Positions 16,983 through 25,290 of a stretch of DNA of 53,398 nucleotides are shown one piece after another (position 1 is the stretch's first letter; every line of letters begins with the position of its first letter). The notes beneath the pieces were generated by a model. It searched no databases, had not been told where the DNA came from, and was given only the letters and a program-made list of their open reading frames with translations. The position numbers and the translations under genes were made by a program. The stretch comes from a virus. Its lineage: Duplodnaviria > Caudoviricetes. Location of the stretch: the IMG/VR virus record IMGVR_UViG_3300044639_002247, positions 1 through 53,398 of that record; one strand, 5' to 3'.

Positions 16983-18890
16983 ATGTCAACAAATTCAAAT
17001 GCGCCAACACATACTAAAAATACTCCTAAATCGGGTTATTCTGGACAGGGCGAGGCGAGGCCACCAGGTGCGTTTAATGTGGTAAAACTAGACTTAATTA
17101 GTTCGACTGGAGTAAGAAAAGATATAAGAAGCCTAGTTGAATCATTTACAATTACTTCGGAATTATTTTCTCCAGTAGTAACATTTTCTGCAACAATACG
17201 CGATAACCAAAAATTATTTGAGCCGGCGGCTGGAGAAGCATTTCAAATATGTGGCCAAGAAAATATTGAAATAGAAATTGATCCAATTCACCCAGTTGAC
17301 CTTGGCTCGACCCCAATTAAACATACATTCTCAGTAAAGGAGTATCCAACACTTACACGCACTTTAGACTTTCCAGACGTCCAAATTTATACTGTTTTGG
17401 CAATTTCTGAATTTGCATATCGTAGTAGTCTAATGAATATATGTAGACCACTTTTTGAGGATCAACCTTTAGAAAAAAATATAGAAAGTATTTTTAAAGA
17501 TGATTTGGGACAACGGGAATTTAATGTTAGAGGAAAAGTTGACAATTATTTTGACGGAATTATAAACATTCAGCGACCGTTGAAGGCGGCGGATTGGTTG
17601 AGATCGCGATCATTTGATGGTAACTCTCCATTTTTCTTACATAGCGATACTACCAAGCCGGGGGTAATATTCATGTCGTCATGGAAGTATTTGTCTGATA
17701 AGTCTCAAAACGGCTCAAAGGTAAAATATAGTTTTAGACCGTTTTCTACTAAAGAACCAGGCACGCCCGGTCATACTTTTGAGGAGCGAACCCGAATATT
17801 AAGTATGACGTCTGCAATTAAACTTGATCGCTTGAAGTCTGCAAATTCTGGAGCATATGCCAGTCGATATAATATTACCGATTTTGCGTCAAAGTCATTT
17901 TATATTTCAGATTTTATAAGCGCGACACCAGACCCAAAATCTGATTGGATTCCACGAAAATATAAAATTACAAAAAGAGACGGAACTATTGCGGCTGAAC
18001 CTATGAATAGTATACCAAGTTCAGCTGTTGTAAGTGCACACACTAATAGCACTCCTACCGGCTCTGTCTATAACTCTATTACGACGGGTATAGAAAAACT
18101 ACCATATACTAGGGCATTACTAGCCAGGTTAAATGAATCAACACATGAGATTGTTGTGTATGGTCGCTCTTTACTGCAAGCAGGGGCAATAATAGAATTA
18201 AAAGTATTGAAACCCAAAGCGGGAAATGACGCGGCAGCAAAACCACAATCAGAACCACAAATTGACCCACTTGCTTCTGGAAAATATATTATACTTGTCG
18301 TGTCATCAATTTTTTCAGAAGGAATATATACAAATAAACTAAAACTTGCTAAAATGGTTCCCAGTTTGATTGGCGAAATTATGGAACCAACCGGAGGGTT
18401 GGCCGCAAATAAAAGCGGAATAGAAGGCATTACTAGCACCATAAACCCGCCACCTAGCGCTGACGCAAATAACGACGGTACTATCAGTGACTCTGAACGC
18501 GATAATTATGTTAAGAGTTTAGGCAATACTACACGTGGTGGAACTACTGGGGTTAAAATAACCAGTTATGGTCAAGCGAATGACAGCACTGGAGATAGCA
18601 ACACGCAGGCGCAGAGGGGATTTGCCAACAACCTACTCAGGGAGGGATCTGTTGCCCTTTCCCCGGATATTTACAACCAATATAAACCACCAATCGGGTC
18701 GGCAGTGTATGTTAATGGTCAACATGTCGGCTATTATGAAGATAGAACTCCAGCTAGTTATAATGGACAAAATTTTGGCCAGACTATTGACGTATATGAC
18801 CCCAATAATCGCTTAGGTTCTGTTCTAAAAAATGCGGGTGATGCACAGCTCACTTTCGGACCTGCGCGGCCACAAATCTCAAACCCATGA
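16983..18890 (+). CDS. baseplate hub protein (gp27/gpD-like) with C-terminal 3D (MltA-like) domain
   Basis: Between gp53 and gp5; VYGRSLLQAG..I.L...SGKYII hub motif; C-terminal ITSYG..SVALSPD..PIGSAVYV..EDRT..TIDVY. Confidence 0.62.
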   Translation: MSTNSNAPTHTKNTPKSGYSGQGEARPPGAFNVVKLDLISSTGVRKDIRSLVESFTITSELFSPVVTFSATIRDNQKLFEPAAGEAFQICGQENIEIEIDPIHPVDLGSTPIKHTFSVKEYPTLTRTLDFPDVQIYTVLAISEFAYRSSLMNICRPLFEDQPLEKNIESIFKDDLGQREFNVRGKVDNYFDGIINIQRPLKAADWLRSRSFDGNSPFFLHSDTTKPGVIFMSSWKYLSDKSQNGSKVKYSFRPFSTKEPGTPGHTFEERTRILSMTSAIKLDRLKSANSGAYASRYNITDFASKSFYISDFISATPDPKSDWIPRKYKITKRDGTIAAEPMNSIPSSAVVSAHTNSTPTGSVYNSITTGIEKLPYTRALLARLNESTHEIVVYGRSLLQAGAIIELKVLKPKAGNDAAAKPQSEPQIDPLASGKYIILVVSSIFSEGIYTNKLKLAKMVPSLIGEIMEPTGGLAANKSGIEGITSTINPPPSADANNDGTISDSERDNYVKSLGNTTRGGTTGVKITSYGQANDSTGDSNTQAQRGFANNLLREGSVALSPDIYNQYKPPIGSAVYVNGQHVGYYEDRTPASYNGQNFGQTIDVYDPNNRLGSVLKNAGDAQLTFGPARPQISNP

Positions 18891-18975
18891 TAATTGATAC
18901 ATTAACATTTGCCGACTGCAAGGAAAATGCAGTACAACAGTATAGGTGTGTCGTTTTAATCACCACAAAATTAAT

Positions 18976-19929
18976 ATGAGAATTGATAACTGGTTTGCCG
19001 CTATTGTAACAAATATTGCTGATCCACTGGGTGCAGGTCGTATACAGGTTCGGTGCTATGAGTATCACGAACTCGACGATGCAAATAGAATACCAGACGA
19101 AAGATTACCATGGGCCACACCAATGTTGCCAATTACAAGTGCCAGTAGTTCTGGTGTAGGCACCAGCGCTACTGGATTAATGGTCGGCAGCTGGGTATTT
19201 GGTTTTTTTAGAGATGAAGATTTGCAAGATCCAGTTGTAATTGCAACAATACCCGGATCTACAAACCTAAGTGGAGGAGGCGCCGATATACCAGATGACG
19301 CATCGGCAGCTTCTGTTGGTGCTTCATTTGCCAGTGCAACAAATACTTCTCAGTATGTGGGGGATGCGCCAGTGGCAAATACTGCAAACACTACAGCCTT
19401 TGGTGACAAAGCTATGCCTGGAGCGGCGGGCGGGATTGTAGGACCACCTGCACCAGCCACAGTATATACAAAGACTCTTGAAAATACATCTAATTTTATT
19501 ACTAATGGTGCAGATATGGCTGGTCTAAATTCCGAATTTAGACAGCGATGTGAAAATATGGCAGCGGAATACACACAACTGACCGGTAAAAGAATGACTG
19601 TAACTGGTAAAAGAAGTGCCTATAGAACATATGACCAACAGGTTCAGATTTATAACACTGCTAGAAAAGGATATGCGGCGACACCCGGTACATCTAATCA
19701 TGGTTTTGGATTTGCCCTCGATGTTAATTCCGCAGACGTCAATAAAGCTGCTCAACTAGGTCTTTTAACAAAACACCGTCTATTTAGGCCAATGATGAGT
19801 GCTAAGTTGTTTGAACCATGGCATATAGAACCTATAGGACTTGACAGATCTTATCTGGCACAATATCGTGGCCGAAAAGAGTCTGGGAAATTTACTGGAG
19901 ATCAACTTGGTGCTGCCTTGCCAACATAA
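18976..19929 (+). CDS. gp5 N-terminal OB domain fused to M15 (VanY-like) peptidase
   Basis: DPLGAGRIQVR..LPWA..GSWVFGFFRD (gp5 OB); SAYRTYDQQ..PGTSNHGFGFALD..EPWH (M15 Zn motifs). Confidence 0.85.
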   Translation: MRIDNWFAAIVTNIADPLGAGRIQVRCYEYHELDDANRIPDERLPWATPMLPITSASSSGVGTSATGLMVGSWVFGFFRDEDLQDPVVIATIPGSTNLSGGGADIPDDASAASVGASFASATNTSQYVGDAPVANTANTTAFGDKAMPGAAGGIVGPPAPATVYTKTLENTSNFITNGADMAGLNSEFRQRCENMAAEYTQLTGKRMTVTGKRSAYRTYDQQVQIYNTARKGYAATPGTSNHGFGFALDVNSADVNKAAQLGLLTKHRLFRPMMSAKLFEPWHIEPIGLDRSYLAQYRGRKESGKFTGDQLGAALPT

Positions 19930-19964
19930 CAGTTAATTTTAATTATATATAGAATACGTAAACT

Positions 19965-20801
19965 ATGTCAAATAATACATATAATCAGCCATTCCCAGTT
20001 GATCAGTCTGTGTATCCATACAATCATGTGACACAGACTAGAGCTGGACATATATTTGAAGTTGATGACACCCTCGGCAATGAACGTATACACGAAAAAC
20101 ATAAGACAGGTACATTTCGTGAAATACGCCCTGACGGGTCAAAGGTTACTGTTATAGTATCAGATCGGCATACTACAGTATGCGGAAGCGACTTTGTAAC
20201 AATTACTGGTGATGCGAATATTACAATAAACGGTTCTGCAAACTTAACAGTTAATGGAAACTATAACCTAGAAGTTAATGGTAGTATGAATACAACTGTA
20301 AAAGGTGAATATAAATTAAAGGTTGGTGCAGCATATAAAAATGAAGTTGGCGGAGATAAGGCAGAAAATATTGTTGGTAAAAAAGATAGTATAGTTGGTA
20401 ATGGTGTAAGCAATACAGTTAGAGCTGGAGGAGTAACTAGTATGGTGATTGGTAGTATTGAGGAAACTGTCCTTGGTGGTTATACTGGAGCATTTACTGG
20501 TTCATGCGACATAACAGGAGCGCTTGGAGTAAGTCTATCAGCACCAGCTGGAGCAGCTACCCTGGGTGGACTCTCTGCTTCGGTTGATAGTGCAACAGTA
20601 CTCAATTTAACTTCACTCGCCGCAACAAACATGACTTCAACTTATACTAATATATCTACTGCATTAGTAACTATATTGGTGGGTTCGTTAATTGCAACTG
20701 GAGATGTTAGATCATTGGCTGGCACACGAGGCTTAAATACTCACATGCATGCCGCTGGTGGATATATGAGCGGCTTAACTACTATACCATTGGTTGGATA
20801 A
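19965..20801 (+). CDS. gp5 C-terminal beta-helix spike
   Basis: YPYNHV..GHIFEVDDT..ERI..HKTGTF.EI.PDGS, V.G repeats, terminal THMH. Confidence 0.85.
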   Translation: MSNNTYNQPFPVDQSVYPYNHVTQTRAGHIFEVDDTLGNERIHEKHKTGTFREIRPDGSKVTVIVSDRHTTVCGSDFVTITGDANITINGSANLTVNGNYNLEVNGSMNTTVKGEYKLKVGAAYKNEVGGDKAENIVGKKDSIVGNGVSNTVRAGGVTSMVIGSIEETVLGGYTGAFTGSCDITGALGVSLSAPAGAATLGGLSASVDSATVLNLTSLAATNMTSTYTNISTALVTILVGSLIATGDVRSLAGTRGLNTHMHAAGGYMSGLTTIPLVG

Positions 20802-20805
20802 TATT

Positions 20806-22950
20806 ATGCCAGTAATTGATCCATTTTTATATATTGTACTTGCCGACGAGCCGGGGCGCAAGTATGATAAGTGGAGTCCGGTCGAAAAAACATATGACGG
20901 AACTACGAAGGATGTTATAGATCTAATTGATACAATCTTTATAGTTACCCAAGTGGCGGTTCCAGCAAGTGGTATAATTGCGCGTATTCCGTGGGAGATT
21001 CAAGAAATACCATTAAATCAAATAACGTATGAATTAGAATATAATAGTGGAATAGCAGCATTGCCGGATGATCCGATAAACGTTGGTCGCTATGACTACA
21101 CCTTTTCTGCTACATACGTTCGTACTTCAGGGCCATATAGTGGAACATATAAATGTTATTTTAGTACAAATTATAATGCGGTTATTCCGGCGGGCATACC
21201 TACTCCAAATATCGAATTAGTTAGTTTTGCTCCCGGTCCATCTCCAGATCCAGATTTTGACAATGATACTGGTTTACAATATCCTGAAGCACGCATAAAT
21301 CAATATAAGTATCTTATTATAGAGCCAGCTCCGCTGACCATTACATTTACTGATACTGAAATATCACACACTGGAAGTCCATTAAATCCAGAATATGTTA
21401 CAGTTCCCGAAAATGTACCAATAAGACTGCAATATACTGGTGATAACACACTTTCTCCCCTTGCTGCACCAATAAAAATTGGTACATATTCAGTAACTGC
21501 AATATCTCTTGATTTTAATTATAGTGGAACGCAGCAGGCAATATTTAATATTATTCCAGTATCTACTACTGCCGCAGCATCAATCGCAGCAGTAGATCAG
21601 CGGAAAATAGATATTCTTGAGGTAGAAGTATTGCCTGCACTTTATAGGTCATCCACTGGGTCATCTTCAGAAAAAATGACAGCAAAAGAGTTTGCGCAAA
21701 CTGGAGTATTGAGTATACTAGATGAAACTGATATACGTGGACTTGCTGGCGCAGCTGTTGGCGCAGCTGGAACAGTAAATGCTATTGCTGACTGTGCTAA
21801 AAATTTACCACAGAAATTAATGAAAGCCGTGGTTGCAAAGGTTGCCATGTTTCTATTAAGTTATATACCAGGCCTAGCTATTATAAACTTAATAACAAAA
21901 GTGTTAGAACTTATAGAGACTATACAGAAAATATTAGATCTTATTAAATTTATCAAAGACAACCCATTTGCATTTTTAAATATGGTACTAGAAGCAAGCG
22001 GAGCATATGCTGCGGTTGGTCAACTTGCAAATGATACGGTTGCATCACTTACAAACCAATTTCCGGCTGTTACTGGGGCAATTGGAGATGTTGGTGGCTT
22101 TGTAAAAGGTGTGGCTAATGGAGCCATAGATATTTGTAATGCACTAGATGCAGCCGGTTCTCCTATCTCCCCATACGTAAAGGCAGATAATACAAAGTCA
22201 CCAGAAGCAGTAATTGGATTTAATCCAGCAGTGTTTCGTCAACCATTAGAAGCAAAAGCAAAGTATGATCAATTTCAACTTCAAATTCGCGGATCGCTTA
22301 ATAAAGATAATGATAAACTTAATACATTGCGAAATGAAGGAGACGAAATTGGCTTATATGAATATGCTTCAATGCTTACATCTGTGCATGAGCTTGCATA
22401 CAATTACCACGACCAAGTTGCCTCTAGGGGCGGTGGAACGGGACTAATGACTGGAAATAGTCTGTCATCGAGTGGGTTGGATTCTGACTCTTTGTATGAC
22501 ATGCTTGGAGAGGCCGCCGGCACAATAGCCGCATTAACACCAGCTGGCTCAAGTTCAACAAACTCCGGCTTAAGTTCTAGCATAAATGCAGCTTCAAATG
22601 CTATTGGTGGAGTAACAGCTGGCGCTTCAGCTGTTGGAAATTTCTTAGTTGGAGGAAACATTGCTTCTTTGGCTGGACTAAAGAGTGCTTTTAATTTTGC
22701 TGTAAAAGATACTCTAACCAAAAACCCAACATGGTCATCTGAAACTATTAATGACTATAACAAACGAGTAAATGCAATAAAGGGTGACATAGAAAGTAAT
22801 GCTGACGCAATACAAAATAACCCAGCAAATCTCACATTAACACCAGCTGCTCAGATTAGTTCATCGTCTTCATCATCGCCATCTAGTTCGTCTTCATTGA
22901 CTGCAAGTTTATCCAAGTCTTCACCGCTGTTTGCCAGTATTGTAAAATAA
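20806..22950 (+). CDS. hypothetical virion protein (MBG/Ig-like N-part, hydrophobic helical C-part)
   Basis: I.PAPLTITF..TGSP..AP.KIGTYSVTA..NYSG (MBG-like); amphipathic and Gly/Ala-rich helices; Ser-rich tail. Confidence 0.6.
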   Translation: MPVIDPFLYIVLADEPGRKYDKWSPVEKTYDGTTKDVIDLIDTIFIVTQVAVPASGIIARIPWEIQEIPLNQITYELEYNSGIAALPDDPINVGRYDYTFSATYVRTSGPYSGTYKCYFSTNYNAVIPAGIPTPNIELVSFAPGPSPDPDFDNDTGLQYPEARINQYKYLIIEPAPLTITFTDTEISHTGSPLNPEYVTVPENVPIRLQYTGDNTLSPLAAPIKIGTYSVTAISLDFNYSGTQQAIFNIIPVSTTAAASIAAVDQRKIDILEVEVLPALYRSSTGSSSEKMTAKEFAQTGVLSILDETDIRGLAGAAVGAAGTVNAIADCAKNLPQKLMKAVVAKVAMFLLSYIPGLAIINLITKVLELIETIQKILDLIKFIKDNPFAFLNMVLEASGAYAAVGQLANDTVASLTNQFPAVTGAIGDVGGFVKGVANGAIDICNALDAAGSPISPYVKADNTKSPEAVIGFNPAVFRQPLEAKAKYDQFQLQIRGSLNKDNDKLNTLRNEGDEIGLYEYASMLTSVHELAYNYHDQVASRGGGTGLMTGNSLSSSGLDSDSLYDMLGEAAGTIAALTPAGSSSTNSGLSSSINAASNAIGGVTAGASAVGNFLVGGNIASLAGLKSAFNFAVKDTLTKNPTWSSETINDYNKRVNAIKGDIESNADAIQNNPANLTLTPAAQISSSSSSSPSSSSSLTASLSKSSPLFASIVK

Positions 22951-22958
22951 ATAACTTG

Positions 22959-22966
22959 TATAAATA
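22959..22966 (+). promoter_or_regulatory. late promoter
   Basis: TATAAATA 4 nt before gp25 ATG. Confidence 0.8.
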
Positions 22967-22970
22967 GAAT

Positions 22971-23402
22971 ATGAGCCGTAACTTGTCAGACTATAATGAC
23001 TCCAGGGCAACAGTTGTCGCCAGAAAAAATTTGTATTCAGATATTGATAATAGTTTTAACGTGCATCCAATTTATAATGATATATTACCAATAGTTGACA
23101 TTGACTCGATAAAACAAAGTTTAAAAAACTTATTACTAACTAATCAATATGACCGCTGTTTTCAACCAAACATATACTCTGATGTATCAGCACTATTGTT
23201 TGAAAATGCTGATATATTTTCAGAATTAGAATTAAAAGAAAAAATAGAAAACGTAATTGATATATATGAACCGCGAATAAGTAACTATGAAGTTACAGTT
23301 TCCGATGACTCTGACAGAAATGCATATAAAGTTTTTATTAAATTCGAAACATCATATGATTCATCTTCTGAAATAACAATATATTTAACTCGTATACGAT
23401 AA
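22971..23402 (+). CDS. 25: baseplate wedge subunit gp25
   Basis: YSDID..F, SIKQSLKNLLLTN, LLFEN, YEPRI. Confidence 0.9.
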   Translation: MSRNLSDYNDSRATVVARKNLYSDIDNSFNVHPIYNDILPIVDIDSIKQSLKNLLLTNQYDRCFQPNIYSDVSALLFENADIFSELELKEKIENVIDIYEPRISNYEVTVSDDSDRNAYKVFIKFETSYDSSSEITIYLTRIR

Positions 23403-25288
23403 TGGAAATCCCTACACAATCAGTAGCAGTCACAGAATTAGATTTTGATGCCATAAAGACATCATTAATAGAATATTTTAAAACTCAAGACAGTCCGTTT
23501 AAGGATTGGGACTATACTGGCTCTGGTTTGAATATGTTAGTTGATGTGCTTTCTCATAATACCCACTATAACGCAATACTTGCACATATGGCAGTAAATG
23601 AGAGCTTTATTGATTCTGCTCAATTGCGGCAAAATGTTGTATCTGCAGCAAAATTGATTGGATATACACCACGTAGCGCATCGGCACCAAAGGCAACGGT
23701 TTCAATTGAAGTAATCCCACGCAATAATACTATAAATGAGTTTGTATTACCAGCTGGTGGGATTTTCTCTTCAAATATAAGCAGTCAAACAAACAAGGGT
23801 ACAACATACCGTTTTACTAATCTATCCGATATTATTTGTAGTAGAAATTTAAACGGAACCTTAACCGCGACAAATGTTGATATTTTTCAGGGAGAACTTG
23901 TAACAAAGAGAATTCAGATAAATTCTGCTCAAAGTAATAATGAGTATATTATAGACGACAAAAATATAGATATAAGCACATTAAATGTAGCAGTCTTTCA
24001 AAACGGACGATCAGAAATAAACGAAGTATATTATAGATTTTCTGATATAAACTCTGTTGATAGTTTGTCACCTGTTTATTTCCTATATGAAAATTATAAC
24101 GGGAACTATGTAATATCATTTGGTAATGGAGTCGTAGGTAAAAAACCCGACAACCTTAATATTTTACAGCTCACATATTTGGTTACTGCTGGCGACGGGG
24201 CAAATGGCTCAAATGTTTTTGACTATGTTAGTTATTTGCCTGATGCTCAAATTACGACTCGCCCACAACTAGTTACTATATTTTCTGCACGCGGTGGATC
24301 AACACCCGAATCAACTAGTAGTATAAAATATAACGCGCCGCTGCAATACATCTCACAAAATCGTGCTGTAACTGCGGATGACTATAAAACTTTAATACAC
24401 GGTAATTTTCCAAATGTAAAATCTATATCTGTATGGGGCGGAGAAGAAAATGACCCACCGCGATACGGAACAGTTTTTGTATCAATTAGGAAAAGTAAAG
24501 ATGTTAATACCGAGTCTGACTTTTTAACGGCTAACGAAAAGCAAGATATATTAACTTATCTACGTGATAAAAAAGTACTTTCAATATTTCCAGAAATAAT
24601 TGACCCAGACTATGTAAATATTGTGCTTGATGTGTTATTTAAGTATAATCGTAACCTCACTACTCACAGCAAGGTTGGCCTTGAAACTAAGGTTAAAGAA
24701 ACAATATCTAATTTTAATACCCAATATTTGGATTCATTTGATGGCGTGTTTCGTCATTCATTTTTAACAAAAACAATTGACGGCTCAAACCCGTCAATTT
24801 TAAACTCACATGTCAGAATTTATATTTCTAAGAGTGTATCTTTTGTTGCTGGCAATCCAGAAAAAATAACTATTAAGTATGGGGTTCCTCTTACAGTAGA
24901 CAATGATGTTGCTATTGTATATTCTAGCGGCTGGAATTATGATGGAGTAACATACTATATAGGAGACAATGAAAGCACAACATCACCCGACATTAGATCG
25001 CTATTCATATACTACTATGATTCTGATAATACACCAATTATAAAGGAAACAAATATTGGAACAATTACATTAAGTACTGGAACGGTTGAATTAAGCGCAA
25101 TACTCACTGATGAAACTACTAAAATAACTCTAGACCTTATACCTCTCTCAAATGATATTGCTCCTAAGAGAAATCAACTTATACAAATTGATACTACGCG
25201 ATTAAATGTGTATGGTGAAGTTGACACAATAGCAGTTGGAGGATCAAGCCGGGCAGTTGGATATAAAACTTTTAGTAGAGACCGATAA
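23402..25288 (+). CDS. 6: baseplate wedge subunit gp6
   Basis: ELDFDAIK, DYTGSGL, NESFIDSAQLR, QNRAVTADDY, VWGGEEN.PP.YG. Confidence 0.93.
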   Translation: MEIPTQSVAVTELDFDAIKTSLIEYFKTQDSPFKDWDYTGSGLNMLVDVLSHNTHYNAILAHMAVNESFIDSAQLRQNVVSAAKLIGYTPRSASAPKATVSIEVIPRNNTINEFVLPAGGIFSSNISSQTNKGTTYRFTNLSDIICSRNLNGTLTATNVDIFQGELVTKRIQINSAQSNNEYIIDDKNIDISTLNVAVFQNGRSEINEVYYRFSDINSVDSLSPVYFLYENYNGNYVISFGNGVVGKKPDNLNILQLTYLVTAGDGANGSNVFDYVSYLPDAQITTRPQLVTIFSARGGSTPESTSSIKYNAPLQYISQNRAVTADDYKTLIHGNFPNVKSISVWGGEENDPPRYGTVFVSIRKSKDVNTESDFLTANEKQDILTYLRDKKVLSIFPEIIDPDYVNIVLDVLFKYNRNLTTHSKVGLETKVKETISNFNTQYLDSFDGVFRHSFLTKTIDGSNPSILNSHVRIYISKSVSFVAGNPEKITIKYGVPLTVDNDVAIVYSSGWNYDGVTYYIGDNESTTSPDIRSLFIYYYDSDNTPIIKETNIGTITLSTGTVELSAILTDETTKITLDLIPLSNDIAPKRNQLIQIDTTRLNVYGEVDTIAVGGSSRAVGYKTFSRDR

Positions 25289-25290
25289 AT

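Noticed and set aside
15187-25288. Bacterial T6SS/eCIS locus rather than phage
   Set aside because: Linked to T4-type gp32, gp59, gp33, gp2, gp4 and TATAAATA late promoters.
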